From Candidatus Doudnabacteria bacterium (GTDB lineage: Bacteria; Patescibacteriota; Doudnabacteria; UBA920): DNA of 25,368 nucleotides. Below the pieces are notes generated by a model, which was given only the letters and a program-made list of their open reading frames with translations, was not told where the DNA came from and did no database searches. This document shows, one piece after another, positions 15,601-22,738 of the stretch (positions are counted from its first letter, which is position 1; the number at the start of each line of letters is the position of its first letter). The stretch is taken from assembly GCA_023245895.1 (NCBI GenBank), contig JAHFJJ010000001.1, positions 71,621 to 96,988 on the forward strand. Reading direction: 5' to 3'. Both the position numbers and the translations under genes were made by a program.

Positions 15601-17591
15601 CCGGCGGTCCGACTATTTCCAATACCAGCGTTTCCGCGCAGGCCACCGGCGCTTCCATAACCTGGAATACGGACCGCAGTTCTGACTCCTACGTATATTA
15701 CTCCACCAATTCCAACCTTAGCTCGCCGCAAGTAGCCGGTAACGCGGCTTTGGTGTCAACAAGTTCAACTCCTTCAGTATTCCAGCATAGAGTCGACCTA
15801 ACAGGCTTGTCCGCGGCCACAACTTATTATTTCTACGTTAAATCCACGGACGGCAACAGCAATTCTTCCACGGACACCAATAACGGCAGTTACTATTCTT
15901 TCCGAACCGTGCTCGATACCCAGGCGCCGGTTATTTCGGGAATTTCAACGCCGGTAATTTCATCCACGGCCGCGGTAGTAGTATGGACTACGGACGAGCC
16001 GGCTACTTCAAGAGTTTCCCTGGGCACGGCTACCGGCAGCTACTCAACCAGCACTCCCGTTGACTCCACCTTAACCATAACCCATGTGGTCGCGCTCTCC
16101 GGTTTAACCGCCTCAACCAAATATTATTTCGTGGCCACTTCCCAGGACCAGGCGGGTAACTCCACCACCTCGGCCGAAAACACTTTTACTTCCGCCGATG
16201 CCAACGATATAATTTATATAGGCAGCGGGGGCGCGAGTGCCGGAGGCACAACCTCCGATATTACCCCGCCTGTCATTAGCAGCATTAAAACAGGAACGAC
16301 CACAGCCTTTAGCGTGACGGTTAGCTTCTCTACCAACGAATCGGCTGTTGGAATTGTTCAGTACGGGACTAGCGACAAATACGGCCAGTCAGGCGCTGAA
16401 TCAAGCTTTACTTCCACCCACAACATTAGCCTTACCGGCCTGCGCATGGGAACCAAATATCATTTTAAAGTTGTCGCCCTGGACAAAGCCGGCAACGAGG
16501 CTGATTCTGTAGACGGAACCTTTGAAACACAATTCTTGAGCGATGACTTAAGCAGCATAAATATCGATGACTTATACCAGTACCAGGAAGAAATTGAAAA
16601 CCAAATTGAATCAATCCTTCCCTCTATAGTCCCGCCGTTTATCGGCAAAGTAGCCATAAGTAACGTAAGCCAGGATTCAGCCGACATTTCCTGGCAGACT
16701 AACCTGAAAGCCTACTCCTCGGTTCAGTACGCTTCTGAAAACGACTACAATAAAGACAGCGAAAAGCCGTACCCAAGCGAAAGCGGCGACATTACCACCA
16801 AAGCCACCAACCATAGCCTAACTTTAACCGGGCTGACTCCCAACACCGTTTACCATTTTCGCGTTAAAGCCTACACCCTGCCCAAAGCCTCAAGCTCAAG
16901 CAAAGATATTTCTTTTACCACCAAGGCCGAGGATATTAAAGCCCACATTGCCGAGGTAAAAATCGATTCCTTCCGGGTGGTTTGGAGTACTGCAGACGCT
17001 TCAGATGCGGTAGTGGAATATAAAAATTTGAGCAACGGGCAGGTTAACCGTAAAGTAGATGAGCAAAAAAAGATTTTCCATGAAGTCACAATAGACAAAT
17101 TACCGTCCGGAACGACTTTTTTGGTAAAAGTTTCCAGCATCAACAATAAAGGCAACTTAACTGAAAATAAAGTGCCGCTTAAGGTAACTACCGGCACGGA
17201 CAACAACGCCCCCACAATTTCAGGACTGAAAATAGAAAGCACTTTGGTGCCGGGTAAACAAGACAAAGTCAGCACTTTAATCCGCTGGAACACGGATGAA
17301 CCGGCCAGTTCGGCTGTCTACTACGAAGAAGGCAGCGGCGCCCCTACCAACCAACACCTGGCCAATAAGGCTGTAGGCGACCAAAATGCTTTTGTAACCG
17401 ACCATGTGGTAGTGCTCGGCTCGCTGAAAGCCGGAGCTATTTACCGCATCCAGGTTGAATCCAGCGACTCGGCCGGCAACCTTACTGCGCCGACTATAAA
17501 AACCATTGTCGTGCCAAGACAAAGCCAATCGGTAACTGATATTATCTTTAAAAACTTTGAAGATTCCTTTAAGTTCCTAAACACGAAATAA
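12630..17591 (+). CDS. giant secreted/cell-surface protein: signal peptide, DUF2341-like domain, LamG/ConA-like lectin domain, Ig-like region, then about seven FN3/PAP-N-like repeats
   Basis: 1653 aa with a GTG start. It has a Sec-type signal (K/R-rich n-region, LGLFLMVFVMLF, AQA|AN). Residues 108-215 resemble DUF2341 (WTYRKKITIDHTKV...TTIYMYYGN). Residues 245-430 resemble LamG (WQHVAAVY...SFYVNGSL...FNGDMDEVRVSSAARSADWI). It has repeated ITWTTDE..S.V.Y....YYFRV.S.D..GN modules, an S/T/N-rich composition and many N-x-S/T sequons. Minus-strand ORFs inside it are spurious. Confidence 0.9.
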   Translation: MRNNSKIKHNFRAGTFKVSYSPFFRLGLFLMVFVMLFHINPQQAQAANYTFSQSSWSGGTTSSTMVHPTNETGWTQYSTSTNITAGSTITLNSSFGAGGWYSTGGTWTYRKKITIDHTKVSGSSALTNFPMLFNVTDSDLKYTGSGGGVGTTSGNDILFTSSDGTTLLNYEIESYASTTGATAAWVNIPSLSPTTDTTIYMYYGNASAAAESAGNITGTWDSNFKGVWHFPSTTTLGANDSTSNANNGSSTTTTASTGKIAGSASFNGSAFISVGTGSSLNITSQPVTVSSWVKPSSQPPTFQMIFDKDASYAFFLDSNSPPTNSLGFRSNINGSIVYANNNIITTGSWQHVAAVYASNTVSFYVNGSLASTTALSNAFSSNSNAAEIGRRFTNEQFFNGDMDEVRVSSAARSADWIATEYANQNSPSTFLSEASAVTNVKMLVSSPYDSGSSNNILNQVTWTEDSTLPANTSVTLALRTGSSTTTLAAASWTNIATSTPSTLTSNCSKASATITCSAGAIASSLKDGSGDEWFQYAVILNSSDGVYTPTISAVSVQYVVNGPPDFNSNYPTASAGGVYAYQNATTTDSSFGKVIIQYSVRDTDSTSGNSTPGYVTPSFQYNIGGSWTSITSGYLASGDLNNKAVSESSYTTYQATWDAKSQIPTNYLATAQVRVTVNDNELAGNTATQASANFTLDTTNPSASIRLDASSNIIYSTSTDSSIVSYLLSNNSTGTPDSLNAISGIWQSASSTSVSTSTAWTFASTTYPTVYFQARDAYNNGASTTAVAPYAPTNMDIKDISNTATGVYREFISWGVYSATSSAAFSKYEIYRSTDASSYSLLSTIIDSSLNYYADSAVATSSTYYYKIRTVDTDTDNSPYSSVVSDKPDGQGGTDITAPTISSVTVAQTQSTWATITWTTDELSNSTVGYSTTAGSWTSSQSSTSFLLSHSVTVSGLLPNTTYYFRVQSSDIVGNTATDNNGGNGYSFTTAGGPTISNTSVSAQATGASITWNTDRSSDSYVYYSTNSNLSSPQVAGNAALVSTSSTPSVFQHRVDLTGLSAATTYYFYVKSTDGNSNSSTDTNNGSYYSFRTVLDTQAPVISGISTPVISSTAAVVVWTTDEPATSRVSLGTATGSYSTSTPVDSTLTITHVVALSGLTASTKYYFVATSQDQAGNSTTSAENTFTSADANDIIYIGSGGASAGGTTSDITPPVISSIKTGTTTAFSVTVSFSTNESAVGIVQYGTSDKYGQSGAESSFTSTHNISLTGLRMGTKYHFKVVALDKAGNEADSVDGTFETQFLSDDLSSINIDDLYQYQEEIENQIESILPSIVPPFIGKVAISNVSQDSADISWQTNLKAYSSVQYASENDYNKDSEKPYPSESGDITTKATNHSLTLTGLTPNTVYHFRVKAYTLPKASSSSKDISFTTKAEDIKAHIAEVKIDSFRVVWSTADASDAVVEYKNLSNGQVNRKVDEQKKIFHEVTIDKLPSGTTFLVKVSSINNKGNLTENKVPLKVTTGTDNNAPTISGLKIESTLVPGKQDKVSTLIRWNTDEPASSAVYYEEGSGAPTNQHLANKAVGDQNAFVTDHVVVLGSLKAGAIYRIQVESSDSAGNLTAPTIKTIVVPRQSQSVTDIIFKNFEDSFKFLNTK

Positions 17592-17603
17592 AGAACCCTC
17601 CAA

Positions 17604-17637
17604 ATTCCCCCCGCCGATGGCAGGGGGAATTTTTTTG
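17604..17637 (+). terminator. rho-independent terminator of the giant gene
   Basis: The stem attccccccgcc/ggcagggggaat is followed by TTTTTTT. Confidence 0.7.
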
Positions 17638-17663
17638 TAAGAATGCTTTATTTTTGCTATATT
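17635..17663 (+). promoter_or_regulatory. putative promoter (TTGTAA-17 nt-TATATT) for the receiver/ABC operon
   Basis: TTGTAA at 17635-17640, a 17-nt spacer, and TATATT at 17658-17663. The ATG is at 17692. Confidence 0.35.
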
Positions 17664-17691
17664 TATAGAAGACTAATCCAAACAATCCCAA

Positions 17692-18126
17692 ATGAAACAA
17701 ATAAAAATTTTGATGGTGGACGAAAATGAAATTATGCGGTTTTACTTCCGCGACTCTTTCTGGCTGCATAGCGAACGGGACGAGTATGAATTGAGGTTTG
17801 CCAGTGATTTTGTCCAGGCACAGCAGATATTGCGGGAACCGGAAACATTTTTTGACATTATATTCCTGGATTTAGTTTTGCATATTACCCACAAAAACCG
17901 CTTGGTTCTGGACCCGGAAGCGGGCCTAAAGCTAATTGCCCAAATCCGCTCCATGCCTAAATTTAAAAATACCAAAATAGTAGTATTTTCTTCCAAGCAA
18001 TATTTCCATTTGTGGAAAAAAGCCAAAAAGCTGGGCGCTAACTTTTTCCTTAAAAGCGAAGAATACCTGCCCCGTTACCTGGTAAAATGGGTAGAAAAAA
18101 TCTTTAAAGAGAAATCCGCGCAATGA
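17692..18126 (+). CDS. stand-alone CheY-like receiver-domain protein (single-domain response regulator)
   Basis: 144 aa with the receiver signature positions: an acidic pair (VDEN), the phospho-acceptor Asp (IIFLDLVL), S (VVFSS) and K (FFLKS). It has no output domain. Its stop overlaps the ATPase start (ATGA). Confidence 0.75.
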   Translation: MKQIKILMVDENEIMRFYFRDSFWLHSERDEYELRFASDFVQAQQILREPETFFDIIFLDLVLHITHKNRLVLDPEAGLKLIAQIRSMPKFKNTKIVVFSSKQYFHLWKKAKKLGANFFLKSEEYLPRYLVKWVEKIFKEKSAQ

Positions 18127-19433
18127 ACACAATAATAGAATTAAAGCACGTCAATTTTTGGTACGACCGCGGCAAACCCACGGAAATGCAGGCTTTGCAC
18201 GACATTAATTTACAAATTGGCCAGGGAGAATATGTGGCTTTTTTCGGCCCTTCCGGCAGCGGCAAAACCACCCTGCTGTATTTGCTTTCAGGAACGGAAA
18301 TGTCCCAGGAAGGCGAAGTTATGGTCAACGGCAAAGACATTAGCAAACTGTCCAAAAGAGAAATGGCCATTTACCGGCAAATCGGGGTGGGCATGGTTTT
18401 CCAGCAGTTCAACCTTATTCCCAATTTAACCATACTGGAGAATGTCGGCTTGCCCATGGCTTTTTTAGGCGTTGGCGAAGACAAAAGAATAAAAGAAGCC
18501 AAGCTGCTGCTGGAACGGCTTAACCTGTCTGCCCTTGCCAAACGTTTTCCATATGAACTTTCCGGCGGACAGCAACAGAGAGTCGGCATAGCGCGCGCGC
18601 TGGCCAACAATGCGCCGATTATTGTCGCCGATGAGCCTATTGGCAACCTGGATTCCACCAACGCCAACAACGTGCTGGATTTTTTAAAGGAACTTTGTGA
18701 AAAGGACGGCAAAACTGTGGTTATGGTTACCCACGAAGCCTGGAGCTTAAGAGACGCCAAAAAAATCTTTTACCTGAAAGACGGCGTGGTGGAAAAAGTT
18801 GAAACCAACCACGCCAAACCGGCAACGCAAATCCTGGCGGAACAGCTATATAAACAAACAGCTCCCAAGCGGGCGCAGGAGTCCAAAGAACGGGCGGTGG
18901 CCAGCACCCTGGCCAATGTGCTTTTTCGCGGTTTTTCGGCTGAAGAAAACATGCGTTTCAGCGACTTTCTAACACAGCGCTTAACGGGACAAGTGGACCA
19001 GGTACAATTCCTAGAATTGCTCTATAAGCCTTTCCGCGAGGGCGGCGGAGGTTTGTGGAAAAAACGGGCGCTGGAAACCTCGCGCTACGTTGAAGGGATT
19101 ATCCAGGAGCATATGGACGTGGAAGGAATATGCCTGGAGCTGGAAAAAAATCCAACGGCTCCCCTGCTTCACGAAATTGGCAGTTTAATGGAATGGCTTT
19201 TAGACAGGAATAAAATCCGGCTGGATCAGCTACAGGAAAGCCGCTTCCGCCAAGTTACCACAGAAGTCCTCCGCAACGCTATTAAGCTGGAAGCCTTTAA
19301 AGAAGCGCTGTATTTGCCAAAGTCAAAACTGGGCGTGGGGCTGTCGCATAGGACAACTGAAAGAATTTATGAAAAATTTAAACTTGCTTTGGGTAATTTT
19401 GAACTTGAACCGCTCTCGCCTGAAAAAGCCTAA
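18123..19433 (+). CDS. MacB/LolD-type ABC transporter ATP-binding protein with a roughly 200-aa C-terminal extension of unknown function
   Basis: It has Walker A (GPSGSGKTT), the ABC signature (LSGGQQQRVGIARAL), Walker B (IIVADEPIGNLD) and an H-loop (VTHE). Residues from about 230 to 436 have no recognisable motif. Confidence 0.88.
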   Translation: MNTIIELKHVNFWYDRGKPTEMQALHDINLQIGQGEYVAFFGPSGSGKTTLLYLLSGTEMSQEGEVMVNGKDISKLSKREMAIYRQIGVGMVFQQFNLIPNLTILENVGLPMAFLGVGEDKRIKEAKLLLERLNLSALAKRFPYELSGGQQQRVGIARALANNAPIIVADEPIGNLDSTNANNVLDFLKELCEKDGKTVVMVTHEAWSLRDAKKIFYLKDGVVEKVETNHAKPATQILAEQLYKQTAPKRAQESKERAVASTLANVLFRGFSAEENMRFSDFLTQRLTGQVDQVQFLELLYKPFREGGGGLWKKRALETSRYVEGIIQEHMDVEGICLELEKNPTAPLLHEIGSLMEWLLDRNKIRLDQLQESRFRQVTTEVLRNAIKLEAFKEALYLPKSKLGVGLSHRTTERIYEKFKLALGNFELEPLSPEKA

Positions 19434-19437
19434 TAAT

Positions 19438-19598
19438 GGGTCTTCTGCCGAATGTCATTTTGACTGCAATTTCAAAATTTCGGCCATTCGACCCAAAAAA
19501 TTTATCCGCTTAACTAAAGTTAAACATCAAAATTTATTTGTGCCGACTGTCTCGAAATTTTGAAATTTCGTTACAAAAGCACATTCGGCAGAAGACCC
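19438..19598. repeat. 161-bp near-perfect inverted-repeat element (MITE-like or structured RNA) filling the ATPase-permease intergenic region
   Basis: The terminal 18-bp inverted repeat gggtcttctgccgaatgt (19438-19455) / acattcggcagaagaccc (19581-19598) is perfect. The inner 15-bp pair is aatttcaaaatttcg / cgaaattttgaaatt. The tip hairpin is ttaac-taaa-gttaa. The element ends 5 nt before the permease ATG. Confidence 0.6.
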
Positions 19599-19603
19599 AT
19601 ACA

Positions 19604-20809
19604 ATGAACAACCACCTAAGCCCTTTTGACCTTATAAAACTCTCCACCAGAGTCTTTTTCGTCAAGCCAACACGAACGCTTTTGACTATTTTAGGGACTT
19701 CTGTCGGCATTAGCGCGGTGGTATTTTTAGTTTCCCTGGGCTACGGCTTCCAGTACCTGCTTTTAGGCAAACTGGTTACAACCGAAGATTCTTTAATTAC
19801 GCTGGCGGCTTCCTACCCCAGTGAAAGCGGAGCGGTAATTTATCCCAAAACAATAGAGGAAATGGGCAAGCTGCCCGGGGCGTCGGAAACCAGCAGCATG
19901 GCTGAATTTTCGGGCGAAATTGACTACGAAAAATTAAGCGGGCTAATCTTGGTTAGAGAAGTAGAACCCAGCTACTTTCGGCTTTCCGGCTTTAACCCGG
20001 ACATTGGACAGGCGCCATCGGAAAAAAAGCCGGGCTTAGTGCTTACTAACCAGGCTTTGCGCCTGCTTAACTTAGCAGATGACCAAAATATCCTCGGCAA
20101 ACAAGCCGGTATAAAAGTTTATTATCAAAGCCAGGACCAAAGCCAGCCCAGCGAAGCAAACGCCTCTTCGCCCCTGCCCATTGTCGGCATAATCACCGAC
20201 GAGAACGAGCCTCCGGTAGTCTACGTTCTGGCTTCTTCCATTTCACAAGCGCCGCCTTTTTTTAAGGAGCTCTTACTTAAGGCTGACAAAATCGACAATG
20301 TAGAACCCCTTAGGGAAAAATTAAGCGACAAAGGATTTTTAATTTCTGCCAAGCTTGACTTGGTCACACAGGCCAGAAAAATTTTAAACGCGATTACCAT
20401 TGTGCTGGCTGTGTTCGGGATTACCGCCCTGGTGGTTTCCGCCATTGGCATGTTTAACACTATGATCGTGGGCTTTTTGGAAAGGATTTATGAGGTCGGG
20501 GTCATGAAGTCTTTAGGCGCCACCGATAGCGACGTGCGGAACCTATTTTTGATGGAATCCCTGCTCATGGGCCTTTGCGGCGGCATAGCGGGCGTAGCCA
20601 TTGGCATTGGGGCGGGCAAACTGCTAAATTTTGGCCTCAATGTGCTTGCCTCCCGCCTAGGAGGCAAAGCTTTAGAGCTCTTTATTACCCCTTGGTGGTT
20701 TATAGGTTTAATCTTGGCAACCTCGGCTTCCATTGGCCTGATTGCCGGTTTTTGGCCGGCCCACCGCGCTTCGACGCTTTCTCCCAAAGAAGCATTTTTG
20801 AGGAAATAA
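19604..20809 (+). CDS. ABC transporter permease, MacB/FtsX family
   Basis: It has an N-terminal TM (LLTILGTSVGISAVVFLVSLGYGF), a large periplasmic domain, and a C-terminal FtsX-type four-helix region (MKSLGATDSDVRNLFLMESLLMGLCGGIAGV...). The ATG at 19604 is preferred over the ORF-track start at 19538, which lies inside the inverted-repeat element. Confidence 0.85.
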   Translation: MNNHLSPFDLIKLSTRVFFVKPTRTLLTILGTSVGISAVVFLVSLGYGFQYLLLGKLVTTEDSLITLAASYPSESGAVIYPKTIEEMGKLPGASETSSMAEFSGEIDYEKLSGLILVREVEPSYFRLSGFNPDIGQAPSEKKPGLVLTNQALRLLNLADDQNILGKQAGIKVYYQSQDQSQPSEANASSPLPIVGIITDENEPPVVYVLASSISQAPPFFKELLLKADKIDNVEPLREKLSDKGFLISAKLDLVTQARKILNAITIVLAVFGITALVVSAIGMFNTMIVGFLERIYEVGVMKSLGATDSDVRNLFLMESLLMGLCGGIAGVAIGIGAGKLLNFGLNVLASRLGGKALELFITPWWFIGLILATSASIGLIAGFWPAHRASTLSPKEAFLRK

Positions 20810-20841
20810 AAAGTTTGTCCTATAAAAATTTATCGGATAAT

Positions 20842-20873
20842 AAAAAATCTCTCCGTTTAGGAGAGATTTTTTA
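20842..20873. terminator. bidirectional rho-independent terminator
   Basis: aaaaaa-atctctcc-gttt-aggagagat-tttttt. It has a perfect 8/9-bp stem with an A-run upstream and a T-run downstream. Confidence 0.75.
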
Positions 20874-20940
20874 TAGCCGCCAGCTCTCCTTGGCTAAAGC
20901 TTTGGAGGACTTATTCGATTATTTATATTCGTTAAAATAG

Positions 20941-20968
20941 AAAAACTCCCCTTTTTAAGGAGGAGTTG
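20941..20968 (-). terminator. rho-independent terminator of the rRNA operon
   Basis: On the minus strand, the hairpin aacuccucc-uuaaaaa-ggggaguu followed by UUUUU lies immediately 3' of the 5S rRNA. Confidence 0.5.
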
Positions 20969-20976
20969 ATCATATA

Positions 20977-21094
20977 GCGGGCAGCCGCCTACTTTTGCGC
21001 ATACATGCGTATGACTATCATTGGCCCGTGCGTGTTTTACTACTGAGTTCGGGATGGGATCAGGTAGGACCACGCTGGAAATGCCACCCTCGTC
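20977..21094 (-). rRNA. rrf: 5S ribosomal RNA
   Basis: The minus strand reads ...GUGGUCCUACCUGAUCCCAUCCCGAACUCAGUAGUAAAACACGCA..., matching the conserved 5S core (GGUCCCACCUGACCCCAUGCCGAACUCAGAAGUGAAAC). Terminal helix I pairs GAGGGUGGC with GCUGCCCGC. Confidence 0.8.
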
Positions 21095-21303
21095 GTACTT
21101 TATTCCGTGATTGGAGAATAAAAAACAAAGAGGGGGACACTTAGATCACTTATTATGGCTTAATTGCATTTACTGTGCCTTGAGTAAGGACGAAAAATCC
21201 GGCTGTTACTAAAAATATAATTAAAATAACCGCAAAAACCTTTAAGTGATGCTTCATTATAAGGGGGTAAATAAATTGTTATTGTACTGTTATGAACATT
21301 GTA

Positions 21304-21331
21304 CTATCCGCCTTCGCTAAAGCTTCGGCGG
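21304..21331. repeat. copy of the short palindromic core element (atccgcc-N14-ggcggat with loop cgctaaagct) in the 23S-5S spacer
   Basis: It has a 7-bp perfect stem atccgcc/ggcggat and a 14-nt loop ttcgctaaagcttc. The kbl insertion has the same stem and loop length and shares the 10-nt loop core cgctaaagct, in the opposite orientation. Confidence 0.45.
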
Positions 21332-21717
21332 ATGACTCTCTACTAAATAAATTATAGTGAGTCACAAATTGCTAGTCAATAGAAATAGAATTAAAATTTT
21401 CGGTTGATTAGTATTGCTCGGCTGAACACATTACTGTGCTTACACCTGCAACCTATAAAACGAGTGGTCAGTGATTAGTGTTTAGTGATTAGTATTGCTA
21501 CTATCCACTGCCCACTGCACACTATCCACTAGTTATGATACGGGGTAGTCTTCCCCGAACCTTTATTATGTATTGCTACATAAAACGAAACCTAGTTTCT
21601 TGGACGGCTTCACGCTTATATGCATTCAGCGCTTATCCTAACTAGACCTAGCTACCCCGCCATGCCGCGGACGCGACAACGGGTACACCAGAGGTCTATG
21701 CATCCCGGTCCTCTCGT

Positions 21718-22569
21718 CACATATTCTTCTGTCACCAGAAGTGCAGACTATATCTTCATCCTATCTTATACCTTAGGCTCCTGGGCCATAGTATTTTTTT
21801 ATGATAGGTGTCGGCGTATTATAGAAATAGTAGAAAGTATAAAGTTGAAAGTTTAAAGTAACTGCAATTGCAGTCCTTTTCACTTTCTACTTTTAACTTT
21901 TAACTACCTTCCATCTCCTCTTTCGAGTCAGTCGTTACGGGGTCAAACCTAAAATCTTAAATAATTCAAGTCCGGTTTTCTTTTTCCGAGTTGCGTAGTT
22001 ATTATTTTGAATTATTGTTATACAGCTTATAATTTTCCTGAGTTCAGATTGCGTAAAATTAGCAATCTTTTTCCCTTCCAGAATTCCGGCTGCTTTATAC
22101 AAAGCCGCAGCTTGTTGCTTCTTAAAACGTATAAATGGAATTAAATCTTTAAGAATGTTTTTAATTTGAGTCACCCCGTTTATACGAAGTTCGCTCATTC
22201 CGTCATTTCTGCGGGATAAGTACCCAATGCCTAAAACTTTCTTAATCCAGAAAAGTTCTGCTTCATGGCGGCTATCCTGATAAAAACAGATAGTGCACAT
22301 AAAACGAACTTTTTTCTTTCCATCTTTGCGCTTTTTGATTTGCAACATTAAGCTGCCGTCTCCGTCTAAAAAGCCGGCAATATAAGCTAAATCAATTTTA
22401 GATCGACTTCCCACGGTATTGTCTTAATATTCTTGGTCCTCAAGTAAATTGTACCATAACTGAAGAACCGTTACAATTATGGTTATCAACGGATGCAAAA
22501 TATATTAAGATTTCACCGTTATTAGCCGAATTTTCAAGGCAGATTACTCTGCCAAGTAGCAAACCCTTT
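21718..22569 (-). other. intron (group I-like, 852 nt) inserted in the 23S sarcin-ricin loop (E. coli U2656/A2657 equivalent)
   Basis: The 5' exon ends ...GCGCAUCCCUAGU (22570). The 3' exon starts ACGAGAGGACCGGGAU (21717). Joined, they restore the universal SRL CCUAGUACGAGAGGACC closed by the AUCCC/GGGAU stem. The intron starts with A after an exonic U and ends in G. Confidence 0.7.
21935..22414 (-). CDS. LAGLIDADG homing endonuclease (single-motif) encoded in the SRL intron
   Basis: It has the LAYIAGFLDGDGS motif near its N-terminus. It is 159 aa with a GTG start, and lies entirely within the intron. Confidence 0.85.
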   Translation of the reverse strand: MGSRSKIDLAYIAGFLDGDGSLMLQIKKRKDGKKKVRFMCTICFYQDSRHEAELFWIKKVLGIGYLSRRNDGMSELRINGVTQIKNILKDLIPFIRFKKQQAAALYKAAGILEGKKIANFTQSELRKIISCITIIQNNNYATRKKKTGLELFKILGLTP

Positions 22570-22699
22570 ACTAGGGATGCGCCCAATCAAGTTTCGAACA
22601 CCCACAGCAGATAAGGACCAAACTGTCTCACGACGTTTTGAACCCAGCTCGCGTACCACTTTAATATGCGAACAGCATAACCCTTGGGAGCTTCTTCAC

Positions 22700-22738
<39 letters not shown>

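Noticed and set aside
13235-17528. Multiple ORFs of 75-140 aa inside the giant gene, for example 13235..13624, 14025..14375, 15462..15731, 16871..17293 and 17277..17528, mostly on the minus strand.
   Set aside because: They are antisense or out-of-frame to a 1653-aa ORF that has clear domain content. The S/T/A/G-rich, GC-biased codon usage of the giant gene suppresses stop codons in other frames. These ORFs have no independent signals.
19538-19603. ORF-track start of the permease at 19538 (MCRLSRNFEISLQKHIRQKTHT...).
   Set aside because: These 22 codons lie inside the 161-bp inverted-repeat element. The ATG at 19604 immediately follows the element and precedes the conserved N-terminal TM helix.
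20575-20940. 121-aa plus-strand ORF spanning the permease 3' end, terminator and rRNA-operon terminator.
   Set aside because: It overlaps the real permease gene in another frame and runs through two terminator hairpins. It has no start context.
20883-20940. Palindrome-like ttggctaaagctttgg between the two terminators, as a possible third copy of the element family.
   Set aside because: Only the 9-mer gctaaagct is shared. The flanking arms (ttgg/ctttgg) do not match the atccgcc/ggcggat stem. It is kept only as a motif note, not called as an element.
21701-21720. Apparent deviation of the sarcin-ricin loop (GUGACGAGAGGACC instead of AGUACGAGAGGACC), suggesting a mutated SRL.
   Set aside because: It is resolved as an intron-exon junction. 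The GUG belongs to the 3' end of the intron (terminal G), and the exon resumes ACGAGAGGACC. The upstream exon supplies CCUAGU, which restores a perfect SRL.
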